From a virus (Duplodnaviria > Caudoviricetes), in IMG/VR virus record IMGVR_UViG_2974621193_000001, positions 11,688-75,687 of that record: a DNA stretch of 64,000 bases; one strand, 5' to 3'. Made by a program: the position numbers and the translations under genes. Below the pieces are notes generated by a model. The model did no database searches. It worked only from the letters and a program-made list of their open reading frames with translations, and was not told the DNA's origin. Below are positions 1-8,383 of the stretch, piece by piece; positions within the stretch are counted from its first letter, which is position 1, and the number at the start of each line of letters is the position of its first letter.

Positions 1-762
1 GGGTCGATCACCTGGACGTTGCAGAACGCACGCCGGGTGCGGGTGTGGCATGTGAAGTCCGCCTCCGGTGGGGTCATCCAGTACACGATCGACGGCACGG
101 TCACCGCCGCCCTGCCGACATGGAACGCGGCAAGCCTCACCGTCGGACACCGCACCGACTGGATCGACCTGGGCACTCTCGGGTTTCACACCTTCAAGCT
201 CAGCGCGGACGCCTCCAACGGAGCCACCGTGTGCGGACTGGAAGTGTCGACGGTCGGCTCCGACGCCGAAGAGGCCAACCAGGTACATGTCTACGACTTC
301 GCCCGATCTGGCTCCGACATCATCACGTCCTCCTACATCAACTCGGCGTGGCGGGACTACCAGCTGGAGTGGCTGAAGACGGTGCAGCCCGACTTGATCA
401 TTCTCGGCTTCGGCTCGAATGCGTACGCCTCGAAGGCTGCGACGCCAGCGTTGATCGAGTCGAATATGCGGGCGTTCATCGCCGACGCGCATACGAAGAT
501 GGGGTCGTACCCGTCGTGGCTGCTGGTGGGCCAGCAGGCGCGGGAGGAGCCGGCGTCGCCGCTCGCGCCGTGGGCCGACTATGTCGCCCGCATGAAGGCC
601 ATCGCCGATGACACGTCCGGGGTGTCGTTCCTGGACTGGTCGACGCGAGTGCCGTCGTACGCGGCGGACTCCACCTGGTATGCCGACGCCGCACACCTCA
701 ATCGGATCGGTCATGCGATGGGTGCGGCGATGACAGCGCAGGAACTCATCGGCGCGCTCTGA
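1..762 (+). CDS. 5'-truncated virion-associated protein with C-terminal SGNH/GDSL hydrolase domain
   Basis: Frame is open from base 1 (GSITWTLQNARR...). SGNH-like blocks: YDFARSGSD, IILGFGSNA, and WYADAAHLNRIGH (DxxH catalytic block). The GDS block would lie upstream of the window. Confidence 0.7.
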   Translation, partial: GSITWTLQNARRVRVWHVKSASGGVIQYTIDGTVTAALPTWNAASLTVGHRTDWIDLGTLGFHTFKLSADASNGATVCGLEVSTVGSDAEEANQVHVYDFARSGSDIITSSYINSAWRDYQLEWLKTVQPDLIILGFGSNAYASKAATPALIESNMRAFIADAHTKMGSYPSWLLVGQQAREEPASPLAPWADYVARMKAIADDTSGVSFLDWSTRVPSYAADSTWYADAAHLNRIGHAMGAAMTAQELIGAL

Positions 763-831
763 TCACCCGCCCATAACCCCGGATATACCGCGCGCGGTTT
801 GTTATTGACTCATAATAGAAAGATTGGTGCT

Positions 832-1137
832 ATGAAACCAGAGTCGAGACACCCACTGAGGTGTACGTGCAGGACGCAGCCGCTGCTGGCTTACTACGGC
901 AGGAACAACAGAGGTCGGGCGTTTGTCCACGTAGCTTCATTCAAGAACAAGCGTCCGATCTCGCAGGTCTACACCACTGCACCCATATCAATCTGGTGCC
1001 CGTCGTGTGGGAAGTGGTGGAACATCTTCGTCAAGAATGAGAAGCTCACTGCGGAAGAGCGACAGAGTGCTCCGCCGGTACCCGAGCAAAAATCCAAATC
1101 GCGGGTATTGCTGGACAACCCGCCCGATGACCAGTAA
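832..1137 (+). CDS. small Zn-ribbon protein, Mu Com-like
   Basis: LRCTCRTQPLLA...ISIWCPSCGKWWNI resembles the Com-type RCxxCxxLL...CPxC pattern; ATG at 832 preferred over TTG at 799. Confidence 0.5.
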   Translation: MKPESRHPLRCTCRTQPLLAYYGRNNRGRAFVHVASFKNKRPISQVYTTAPISIWCPSCGKWWNIFVKNEKLTAEERQSAPPVPEQKSKSRVLLDNPPDDQ

Positions 1138-1140
1138 GGT
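1112..1140 (+). promoter_or_regulatory. putative SigA-type promoter for the head operon
   Basis: TGGACA (1112-1117), 17 bp, TAAGGT (1135-1140); ATG at 1152. Confidence 0.4.
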
Positions 1141-1151
1141 TCGGTGACATT

Positions 1152-2375
1152 ATGACAACCGCCACGCTATCGCCCGCGCAGAGGCGGAACTGCGTCTTCG
1201 TTCGCAACCTCGGTGCGCCGGTCAAGACCTACGAAAAGCAGGTCGATGACAAGTCGGGCAACGGAGGCACGGTCGAGGCACTCATCGTGGAGGGCAAGCC
1301 GATCTTCCGGAGCGGCACGTTCTCCGACAGCATGGGCATCGAGCATACGTGGGAAACGCTGCACATGCAGCAGATGGTGGACCACGCAACGCTTCTGTCC
1401 AGCCGTGGAATCTTCGAAGATGTCCCGGTGCGCAAGGGTCATCCCGACTGGGGCGGTCTGTTCAGCGATCCGGTTCGGAACGCTATGGACGAGCTCATCG
1501 GGTACATGGGCAACTTCCGTACCGAGGAACGGGTCAATCCGGCAGACGGACAGACCTACACATACTTGCTCGCCGACCTCGAGATTCTCGAAGAGACCGC
1601 GATCAAGAACATCAAGTCCGGTCTCTGGCGGAACGTTTCCGCCGAGATCAGCACATACGTCACCAACGGCAATGCCGAGTACTGGCCAGTGATGTACGGG
1701 GTGGCCTACGTAGACATCCCGGCTGTCGAGGGTCTCAAGGCTCAGCATTCGAAGGCGGCGAACCAATTCAGCATCATCTTGGAGGAAGACATGGGATCGA
1801 CGCCCAGCAACCCGAACCCCCCGGTTCCGGCTGAGCAGAACACCACCGGCGAGCAGAACAACCAGGGTGGCAGCAACCACAGCGCCCCGGCTCCGACGCC
1901 GACCCCCGCCTTCGCGTTCAGCATCGGCGGCAAGCAGACCACCGACTTCGCTGCGGTGCAGGCTCACATCAACGGCATCGAGACCGAGAACGCTTCGCTG
2001 AAGCAGTTCAAGCAGGAATCGGTCGAGGCGGGTCGCGCGGCGTTCGTCAAGTCGCTCGTCGAGACCAACCGTGTTCCGGCCACCGAGGAGCAGAAGTTCC
2101 TCGACTACGCCAAGAAGCAGACCGACGAGAGCTTCGCCGAGTGGAAGTCCATGATGGAAGCGATTCCGGTCATGGGCATCGCCACCCCTCAGGGCGCCGG
2201 GTTCTCGCAGAGCCACGATCAGACCCAGCAGACCGACGCCAAGGCGGAGCGCATCGACGTGCTCAAGTCCATCGTCTCGGCTCATCAGATGGGCAACCGG
2301 ATGACCACCGCCCAGATCATGGAGCAGGACTCGTACAAGGAGCTCCTGCGACTCGAGCCGACCTTCACCCTCTAG
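1152..2375 (+). CDS. capsid maturation protease / scaffold fusion
   Basis: Lies directly before decoration and capsid genes. VSAEISTY...GVAYVDIPAVEGL resembles Mu gpI-type proteases; Pro/Asn/Gln linker then a helical scaffold-like C-terminus. Confidence 0.75.
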   Translation: MTTATLSPAQRRNCVFVRNLGAPVKTYEKQVDDKSGNGGTVEALIVEGKPIFRSGTFSDSMGIEHTWETLHMQQMVDHATLLSSRGIFEDVPVRKGHPDWGGLFSDPVRNAMDELIGYMGNFRTEERVNPADGQTYTYLLADLEILEETAIKNIKSGLWRNVSAEISTYVTNGNAEYWPVMYGVAYVDIPAVEGLKAQHSKAANQFSIILEEDMGSTPSNPNPPVPAEQNTTGEQNNQGGSNHSAPAPTPTPAFAFSIGGKQTTDFAAVQAHINGIETENASLKQFKQESVEAGRAAFVKSLVETNRVPATEEQKFLDYAKKQTDESFAEWKSMMEAIPVMGIATPQGAGFSQSHDQTQQTDAKAERIDVLKSIVSAHQMGNRMTTAQIMEQDSYKELLRLEPTFTL

Positions 2376-2411
2376 GTTCGCGGCCACCCTCAAGAAGAAG
2401 GAAGAAACACA

Positions 2412-2891
2412 ATGGCTGATTTCGTCAAGGGCCGCGAAGAGTACGCGGTCCACGGCAAGCGCCAGATCCTCCGGCACGCACACCCCGGCGCGTACACGGT
2501 GGTCTCCAAGACCATCTCGCACGAGGCCTTCCCGGTGGCCGAGGATGCAGACGGCAATCCCGACTACGTGCTGCAGGAGGGCGAGGTCATGGTCACCCTG
2601 ACCTCCGGCCCGCACGCAGGCAAGTGCGTCCCGTTCCAGGAGTTCCAGGCAGACGGCACGACCGCCTTCACTGACGGTCGCTCGACCCTCGCCAACCTGG
2701 TCGGCGTCTGCAAGGACTACTTCGGCTGGGAGCTCTCCGAGCGCGATGTCGAAGCGGGCATCCTCGATCGGGGTCACCTGGTGCAGAACTGGTGCACCGT
2801 TCGTGATCCAGACGGGAACCGGGTCACGATGACCAACGCGGTAGCCGACGCGCTCCGTAGCAAGAAGAACCTCGACATCCTCTTCTCGTAA
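2412..2891 (+). CDS. head decoration protein
   Basis: 159 aa between protease and capsid genes; VLQEGEVMV..TSGPHAGKCVPF..DG pattern typical of lambda gpD-like decoration proteins. Confidence 0.65.
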   Translation: MADFVKGREEYAVHGKRQILRHAHPGAYTVVSKTISHEAFPVAEDADGNPDYVLQEGEVMVTLTSGPHAGKCVPFQEFQADGTTAFTDGRSTLANLVGVCKDYFGWELSERDVEAGILDRGHLVQNWCTVRDPDGNRVTMTNAVADALRSKKNLDILFS

Positions 2892-2903
2892 GGAGACGAA
2901 CAA

Positions 2904-4103
2904 GTGACCGCATCACTGGGCATGTTCAACAAGCCCCAGCCCACTGCCCACGGCGCGCAGCCGCTGGACAAGCTCATCCGCAAGGAGGTGGCGCTCGGCG
3001 TCATCAAGGAGATCGTCAAGCCCGAGGACCACCTCGGCCTGACCCTCTTTCCCTTCAAGGACGTGCCGACCGATGACTACATCTTCTCGTACGTCAAGGG
3101 TCTGACCACCGGCCTGGCCCCCGCCATCGCCGAGTCGGCCGAGTCGGAACTGGCCCAGAAGGACAGCGGCCTGGCCAACCAGGGTCGCGCGTCGATCATC
3201 GACTGGCGACTCAAGGACCACTACGACGCCGCCGACGTGCAGCGTTTCCTGGACCTGCAGCTGCTCGCCGAGGCGAACCAGTTCGGCCCCTACGGTCTGC
3301 CCAACACCCTGCTGGGTGACATCAACCAGCTGCCGCAGCGGATGCAGCGCGACACCGAAGAGCGTCGCCGCCGCCTCGACAACCGAGCCGAATGGCTCAT
3401 CATGCAGTCGCTGTCCAACGGCGGCATCGCTTACAACGACGGGAACATCAAGTTCTCCGTCGACTGGAAGCGTCCGGTCGATCAGCAGGCACAGACGCCG
3501 GCCTCGGGCACCTACGCCAGCACCACTCACGATCCCATCGGGGACATCAACAAGATCAAGCGACTGATCTACAATCGCTACGGCGTGCTGATCACTCGCG
3601 CGATCTGCTCGAACAAGTTCCTGTTGAGCCTCATCAACTCGGACAAGTTCATCCTGCGTGCGGGTCTCGGCACCGCGTCCAACTCGGGCATCACCCAGTC
3701 GGACGTGCCGTACCTGATCAACGGCTGGGGTCCGCAGGTCGCCATCGACATCGTCGAGCAGCAGACCGGCATCAAGTTCATCGAGTACGATTCGGGCTAC
3801 CGCAGCAAGCCGGACTTCGCTCAGGGGCCGGTCACCTTCAATCGGTACCTGCCCGAGAACCGGGTGATCTTCCTGCCGGACGACAACGCGATGGCCGAGT
3901 ACGACTCCTCGGACATCGGCCTCGGCAAGATGCTGACCAGCCCGCACAGCATGGGCAACGGGTCCGCAGGGTTCTACATGTGGGAGCAGGACACCACGGA
4001 CCCCTGGGGCAAGAACGTGGGCACCGGGATCAAGATGTTCCCGCTATTTCCTCACATGGAATTGACTTACACGATGGATGTCACGCTCCCGGCCGACCTC
4101 TGA
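2904..4103 (+). CDS. major capsid protein (lambda gpE-like family)
   Basis: 399 aa, synteny, very strong GC3 bias; RLDNRAEWLIMQSLSNG.I.Y, VDWKRP and C-terminal WEQDTTDPWG...GIKMFPLFP typical of the capsid-E family. Confidence 0.85.
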   Translation: MTASLGMFNKPQPTAHGAQPLDKLIRKEVALGVIKEIVKPEDHLGLTLFPFKDVPTDDYIFSYVKGLTTGLAPAIAESAESELAQKDSGLANQGRASIIDWRLKDHYDAADVQRFLDLQLLAEANQFGPYGLPNTLLGDINQLPQRMQRDTEERRRRLDNRAEWLIMQSLSNGGIAYNDGNIKFSVDWKRPVDQQAQTPASGTYASTTHDPIGDINKIKRLIYNRYGVLITRAICSNKFLLSLINSDKFILRAGLGTASNSGITQSDVPYLINGWGPQVAIDIVEQQTGIKFIEYDSGYRSKPDFAQGPVTFNRYLPENRVIFLPDDNAMAEYDSSDIGLGKMLTSPHSMGNGSAGFYMWEQDTTDPWGKNVGTGIKMFPLFPHMELTYTMDVTLPADL

Positions 4104-4109
4104 TTCAGG

Positions 4110-4138
4110 TTGTGCGGTGTTTCCATTTATGTTACTAT
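4110..4138 (+). promoter_or_regulatory. putative promoter giving a leaderless HNH transcript
   Basis: TTGTGC (4110-4115), 17 bp, extended -10 TGT-TACTAT (4133-4138); HNH ATG at 4145 lies 6 nt after the -10. Confidence 0.6.
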
Positions 4139-4158
4139 CAATAAATGGAAACACCGCA
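4113..4158 (+). promoter_or_regulatory. perfect 18-bp stem hairpin sequestering the HNH start codon
   Basis: tgcggtgtttccatttat (4113-4130) is the reverse complement of ataaatggaaacaccgca (4141-4158); 10-nt loop; ATG 4145-4147 is inside the 3' arm. Confidence 0.85.
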
Positions 4159-4705
4159 ACCGCCACAGGTACCAGAGGCCTTTAGAGTTCCACCAAAGTC
4201 AATTCCGGCTTTGGTACAAAAGAATACAGTAAGTCAGAATGGTCATCGAGTGGGTCGTCGGCCAGTAATGTTTGACGACGACGGACTGAAGCCGTGTAGT
4301 TCTTGTAAGGAACGACTCCCCAGGGAGTCGTTCGACAGAAATAGGCGCATGGCGAGCGGTTATGCTTCGCAATGCAAAACCTGCTTCAGAAACAAGGGTT
4401 ACACAGACGAGGCGTCACGCTCGGAGTACAGGTTCCAAAGAAAATACGGAATCAGTATGCAAGAGTATGATCGAATGTTTGATGACCAGTGCGGGAGATG
4501 CAAGCTGTGTGGACAGTCTCCCGAGGGGTCGAGGTATAGCAAGTTATATATCGACCACAATCACCAGACCGGCAAGGTTCGCGGACTTCTTTGTATCGAA
4601 TGTAATTTCGGTCTAGGCAAGTTCAAGGACAATGCAGAATTGCTGGACAGAGCGAGTGATTACGTTCGCCAAGATGGGGACGTGACCCTCCCCGCCGATC
4701 TCTGA
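4145..4705 (+). mobile_element. free-standing HNH homing endonuclease gene (Endonuclease VII family with N-terminal CxxC Zn domain)
   Basis: CSSC...CKTC N-terminus; YGISMQEYDRMFDDQCGRCKLC...IDHNHQTGKVRGLLCIECNFGLGKFKD is the EndoVII signature; AT-richer than the flanking genes. Confidence 0.85.
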
Positions 4706-4726
4706 TCGGGAAAGGAGTAAAACGAC

Positions 4727-4921
4727 ATGGCCTCCAAGAGTACCGTCGTCGTGAAGAAGAAGGGCGCCCGAGGTGGCGTCAACCCCGGAACCGCAGGCAC
4801 CGGCGCAGGGCTCCTGCCCTACGGTGCACAGACGGGGGGACAGTCCAGCGCCGATCCGGTCAAGTCGGTGAAGGCGACGCAGGACAAGAACCGTCGGGCC
4901 ATCGGCTACGGCGAGCGCTGA
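4727..4921 (+). CDS. small basic Gly-rich protein
   Basis: 64 aa, SD aaaggag, GC3 bias. Confidence 0.7.
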   Translation: MASKSTVVVKKKGARGGVNPGTAGTGAGLLPYGAQTGGQSSADPVKSVKATQDKNRRAIGYGER

Positions 4922-4929
4922 TCGAGGAG

Positions 4930-4966
4930 CCCCGTCCGAGTTTTCTTCCCCTTAACTCGGACGGGG
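4930..4966 (+). terminator. 13-bp stem hairpin, putative terminator
   Basis: ccccgtccgagtt / aactcggacgggg perfect inverted repeat right after the stop codon. Confidence 0.55.
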
Positions 4967-4991
4967 CGACTCCGTCTCAACAAGGAGCATC

Positions 4992-5306
4992 ATGGCAGAG
5001 AACAACCAGGTTGTCGAGGACGCGAAGGCCGAAGACAACCTCCCGATCGGTCGCCCCGACTCGCCCAACGCCGAGGAGCCCGCCAACGAGGTGGACGCAA
5101 TTCTCTACTCGGACGAGGAGCGCGAGGACTACCAGCGCTTCGGCGCGACCCCGCCGCCCGAGCATCCGAACTTCGGGGCCACGTACTTCGATAACAAGTC
5201 GGAGGACAAGGACTCGGACAAGGAAGAGACCAAGAAAGAGGAACCGAAGCAGGCAACCCCGCCGACCCCGGCTGCACCGCCCGCTCCGTCCGCGCCGAAG
5301 AACTGA
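4992..5306 (+). CDS. acidic/Pro-rich hypothetical protein
   Basis: SD aaggag, 104 aa, GC3 bias. Confidence 0.7.
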   Translation: MAENNQVVEDAKAEDNLPIGRPDSPNAEEPANEVDAILYSDEEREDYQRFGATPPPEHPNFGATYFDNKSEDKDSDKEETKKEEPKQATPPTPAAPPAPSAPKN

Positions 5307-5313
5307 GTGACAG

Positions 5314-5829
5314 ATGCCGAACCGCCCCGTGTACTGCACAACCGCTTCGATCCAGACGCATGTGCAGAACATCAAGCTCCCCTCGGGTGCAACCTGGGAG
5401 AGCTTGGCTGAGACTGCCTCTAACGAGGTGGACTCTCGGTTGGGGCTTCGGTATGTCACCCCCTTCCAGGTCTCACCCAACGATCCATCTCAGCGCGCCA
5501 CTGCATACTGGCTGCAGAATGTTACCAGCATGATCGCGGCGGCGCGTCTGATGCTTTCCATTTCAGCGCCCGGTTCGCAGGACAACGCCAACAGCTACGG
5601 TCAGTACCTACTGCAGAATGCAGGCAGGTTGATCGACGACGTAGTCTCGGCCAAGGTTGACCTCACAGGCGTACCGGAGGTCGCGGCGAATGACTCGGTC
5701 ATTCAGGGTCCGACCATCCTCAACGAAGATGCTTTCTCTCAGGTCGACGTGTTCTATGACAACTTCGCGCCCGAGGGAATCATGCCCGGCTTGAAGCCCC
5801 GCGAGAAGGGAACGCCGTGGCCGAGGTAG
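5314..5829 (+). CDS. head-to-tail adaptor (Mu gp36-like)
   Basis: Position after capsid; YCTTASI...ASNEVDSRLGLRYVTPF pattern of adaptor proteins. Confidence 0.7.
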   Translation: MPNRPVYCTTASIQTHVQNIKLPSGATWESLAETASNEVDSRLGLRYVTPFQVSPNDPSQRATAYWLQNVTSMIAAARLMLSISAPGSQDNANSYGQYLLQNAGRLIDDVVSAKVDLTGVPEVAANDSVIQGPTILNEDAFSQVDVFYDNFAPEGIMPGLKPREKGTPWPR

Positions 5830-6314
5830 TTCTCGAGACGATTGTCGACGTCAGTCGTCCCACACTCCGAATCAAGGCGTACCAGGATAAGGTAGAGGGC
5901 GCATCCCTTGCAGCATTCATGCAGGGATTCGCTGCCCCACTTCTTCAGGAACGAGCACACGATCGCTTCGAGGGGGAGGGTGACGACGCTTCCGGCAAGT
6001 GGAAGCCGCTCCAGCCCTCGACCATTGCCCGACGCGAGAAGGCCGGACACGTCCCCATCAAGATCAACGACAGGACCGGCGCAATGCGGGCCTGGGTGGA
6101 GAGTGCGCAGGGCCGGATCACCGCGGTCAAGTACGCGGCAGTACTTGAATGGCCAGGCACTCCATCCAATCGGACGGTCGGCAAGAAGCTCAAGGTTGCA
6201 CAGATGGGCCTGCCTACTCCGTACACGCCTCCTCGCCCTGTCGTCGCGGTCGATGGTGAAGACCTGTTGACGATACTTGTTGCGATGGAGAATTGGATGG
6301 GAGCGGTTCCGTGA
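5817..6314 (+). CDS. neck / virion morphogenesis protein (Mu gpG-like)
   Basis: RFEGEGD..GKWKPLQPSTIARR...INDRTGAMR and C-terminal PPRPVV match the virion morphogenesis pattern. Confidence 0.65.
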   Translation: MAEVVLETIVDVSRPTLRIKAYQDKVEGASLAAFMQGFAAPLLQERAHDRFEGEGDDASGKWKPLQPSTIARREKAGHVPIKINDRTGAMRAWVESAQGRITAVKYAAVLEWPGTPSNRTVGKKLKVAQMGLPTPYTPPRPVVAVDGEDLLTILVAMENWMGAVP

Positions 6315-6796
6315 TCGAGAGTCCCGGCGATACCTTCTTCCCATACAACGCTATCGCCGTTCTCGAGAACGGAACGCGGAGCTTCATCGACCCGGCGCTG
6401 AACTTCGAGCGCCGCAGACTTCTGATCACGGACCCCAACGACACTGTGGGCATCGTGCCCATCAGTTGGAATCCGATGGCAGGGGAGATCGGGAGGGTTG
6501 AATCTTCGATCCAGCTCTACACGATCTATCTTCAGACGTTGATCGTCGATCCCGACGAGGCGCGAGGACTGCAAACGCACTCCTACTTCGCCAAGCGCAT
6601 GAGGGAAATGCTTGTGCGAAACACGGTCCTTCGTGTAGCGTTGGGGAAACTCGAGACGGTTGACCCGGCGGGCGTGAAAGAAAAGACCTCGAACGTCGTC
6701 GTTGGCGAGCAGGTCTTCCACAATCAGGAAACCGACGGTAACTGGCGGTACCTGAGTACGCTTGAGCTTCGGCTCGAAACCCAGATCAGTAACTAG
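6311..6796 (+). CDS. tail terminator / completion protein
   Basis: GTG overlaps upstream TGA (GTGA); position before major tail; 161 aa. Confidence 0.55.
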   Translation: MIESPGDTFFPYNAIAVLENGTRSFIDPALNFERRRLLITDPNDTVGIVPISWNPMAGEIGRVESSIQLYTIYLQTLIVDPDEARGLQTHSYFAKRMREMLVRNTVLRVALGKLETVDPAGVKEKTSNVVVGEQVFHNQETDGNWRYLSTLELRLETQISN

Positions 6797-6809
6797 TAAG
6801 GGAGTTGTA

Positions 6810-7172
6810 ATGGCTGAAGCGCCAACCCCCGAAGAGCTCGCGGCCAAGCGCCAGGAGCTCCAGGACCTGCGGAAGTCGAATGCCGACACGCAGGCCAATC
6901 GGGATCAGAAGGCCGCCGAGGAGCGTCGCATTCGCGAGGCCGAGGCGATCCAGGCGGAGATCAACTACGAGCTCCAGGCCCAGGCGATCCTCGAAGGCAA
7001 GCCCCTGCCGGACTTCAACCCGGAGGCAACGAACGAGCCGCCGGACAACTCGAACGTCCCGGCCACCAACGAACAGTCGTCCCCTCCCAACGAGGACCCC
7101 GCCCCGCAGAAGCCGCAGGCTCCGCAGGTCAACCTCGGCGGGGACGACGAAGACAACAAGGAAGGGGCGTAA
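6810..7172 (+). CDS. hypothetical protein, coiled-coil plus acidic Pro-rich tail
   Basis: SD aagggag then ATG at 6810. Confidence 0.65.
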   Translation: MAEAPTPEELAAKRQELQDLRKSNADTQANRDQKAAEERRIREAEAIQAEINYELQAQAILEGKPLPDFNPEATNEPPDNSNVPATNEQSSPPNEDPAPQKPQAPQVNLGGDDEDNKEGA

Positions 7173-7175
7173 GTC

Positions 7176-8195
7176 ATGGGCGTCAGTTCACAGCAGGGCG
7201 TCTTCGGCCTGAAGACCCAGACCGCTCGCGGTGTCGCTGCCACCAACATCGGCACCACCGGCCTGGCCATGTACCGGACCGGCGGCTCGATGACTCCGAA
7301 CCGGGAACTGATGATCCCCGACGCGGAGATCGGCGGCGGTCGAGATGTGCCCGACGCGCTGCTCGGACCCATCTCGTTCGGCGGCGACATCGAGTACTAC
7401 ACTCGATTCAACTCTATCGGCATCCTGTTGAAGGCAGCCCTTGGTGCCCCGGTCAGTGCAGCAGGCACTGCCACCGGCACCAACGTGCACACCTTCACTC
7501 CGACCGACGCGACCACGCTGCCGTTCCTGACGGTGTACGAGCGCATCGGTGCAGACCTCGAGCGCATCCTGTACACCGATGTCGTGGTGAACACGCTGCA
7601 TCTCGAGTCGGATGCAGACGGGTACCTCACCGGCACCGCAGGTCTCATCGCCTGCCGCGGCCTGTTCGGCACTCCGGACGTGGACGTCTCGGACGTGCTC
7701 GACGAGACCACCATCACGGTCGGCACCAACATCCAGGTGCTCTACGACGGCGCGAACATCAAGCCGAAGTCGTTCAGCATCGACATCAACAACAACTTCG
7801 AGGACGACGACTTCCGTCTCGGTTCGTTCTACCTCGAAGACCTCACCCCGAAGCGCCGAGAGGTCAACGGGTCGCTCACCCTGCGGCACGAGACCAAGGA
7901 CCTGATGCGTCAGGCCCTGCTCGGCTCGTCCTCGGCCACCCTGGCCGGTGGTCTCACCACCAAGAAGCCGATCGAGATTCAGATCGACACCTACGGTGAG
8001 ATCGAGGGATCGGCTCCGGCCACCCCGTACTCGCTGAACCTCGAGTTCGGCAAGACGGTGTTCGAGCCCTTCGGCTTCGAGCCCTCGGGCGACGACATCC
8101 TTGAGTCGGATGTGACCTTCCAGGCCCTGCGCCCGGTCGCAACCGATCCGGTGATGACCGCGACCCTGACCAACGGACTCGCCGCCATCCCGTAA
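7176..8195 (+). CDS. major tail (tube) protein
   Basis: 339 aa, strong GC3 bias, beta-rich T/G composition, synteny before chaperone and tape measure. Confidence 0.8.
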   Translation: MGVSSQQGVFGLKTQTARGVAATNIGTTGLAMYRTGGSMTPNRELMIPDAEIGGGRDVPDALLGPISFGGDIEYYTRFNSIGILLKAALGAPVSAAGTATGTNVHTFTPTDATTLPFLTVYERIGADLERILYTDVVVNTLHLESDADGYLTGTAGLIACRGLFGTPDVDVSDVLDETTITVGTNIQVLYDGANIKPKSFSIDINNNFEDDDFRLGSFYLEDLTPKRREVNGSLTLRHETKDLMRQALLGSSSATLAGGLTTKKPIEIQIDTYGEIEGSAPATPYSLNLEFGKTVFEPFGFEPSGDDILESDVTFQALRPVATDPVMTATLTNGLAAIP

Positions 8196-8220
8196 GCCCC
8201 CCAGCTACCTCCTGGGGAAC

Positions 8221-8266
8221 CAACCTCCCGCATCAAGGCCGGCGAACCCCTTGGTGCGGGAGGTTG
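8221..8266 (+). terminator. 18-bp stem hairpin just upstream of the tRNA
   Basis: caacctcccgcatcaagg / ccttggtgcgggaggttg (one G-U pair), ending 4 nt before the tRNA 5' end. Confidence 0.6.
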
Positions 8267-8270
8267 TCCA

Positions 8271-8343
8271 TGACCTATAGCTCAATTGGCAGAGCATCCG
8301 ACTGTTAATCGGATGGTTGTAGGTTCAAGTCCTACTAGGTCAG
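8271..8343 (+). tRNA. trnN: tRNA-Asn (GTT), CCA not encoded
   Basis: Acceptor tgaccta/taggtca, D-arm gctc..gagc, anticodon stem tccga-ctGTTaa-tcgga (GTT at 8304-8306), T-arm gtagg-ttcaagt-cctac; 73 nt. Confidence 0.95.
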
Positions 8344-8383
8344 CGCAGTACAGATGTCAACTAAGACCAGTGAAAGGGTCACC

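Larger units (their letters stand above)
4077..4705 (+). repeat. 27-bp imperfect direct repeat encoding DVTLPADL-stop at 4077-4103 and 4679-4705
   Basis: gatgtcacgctcccggccgacctctga vs gacgtgaccctccccgccgatctctga: 22/27 identical, all 5 differences synonymous third positions. Ends both the capsid and HNH ORFs. Confidence 0.95.

Noticed and set aside
805-816. TTGACT-CATAAT as a promoter
   Set aside because: The hexamers are adjacent with no spacer, and neither has a properly spaced partner.
1167-2903. Long antisense ORFs (1167-2903, 2913-3947, 16681-17955, 19236-20906, 55319-56323, 59224-60354 and similar)
   Set aside because: They mirror strongly GC3-biased genes on the other strand, lack SD sites and recognisable motifs; typical shadow ORFs of GC-rich DNA.
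4104-4678. Group I intron in the capsid gene
   Set aside because: The capsid ORF is already complete with its own stop before the insert, the leader before the HNH ATG is only 41 nt, and I saw no intron core structure.
8271-8343. tRNA as attP site or prophage boundary
   Set aside because: No integrase recognised in the window, no partial tRNA duplicate, and phage tail genes continue on both sides.
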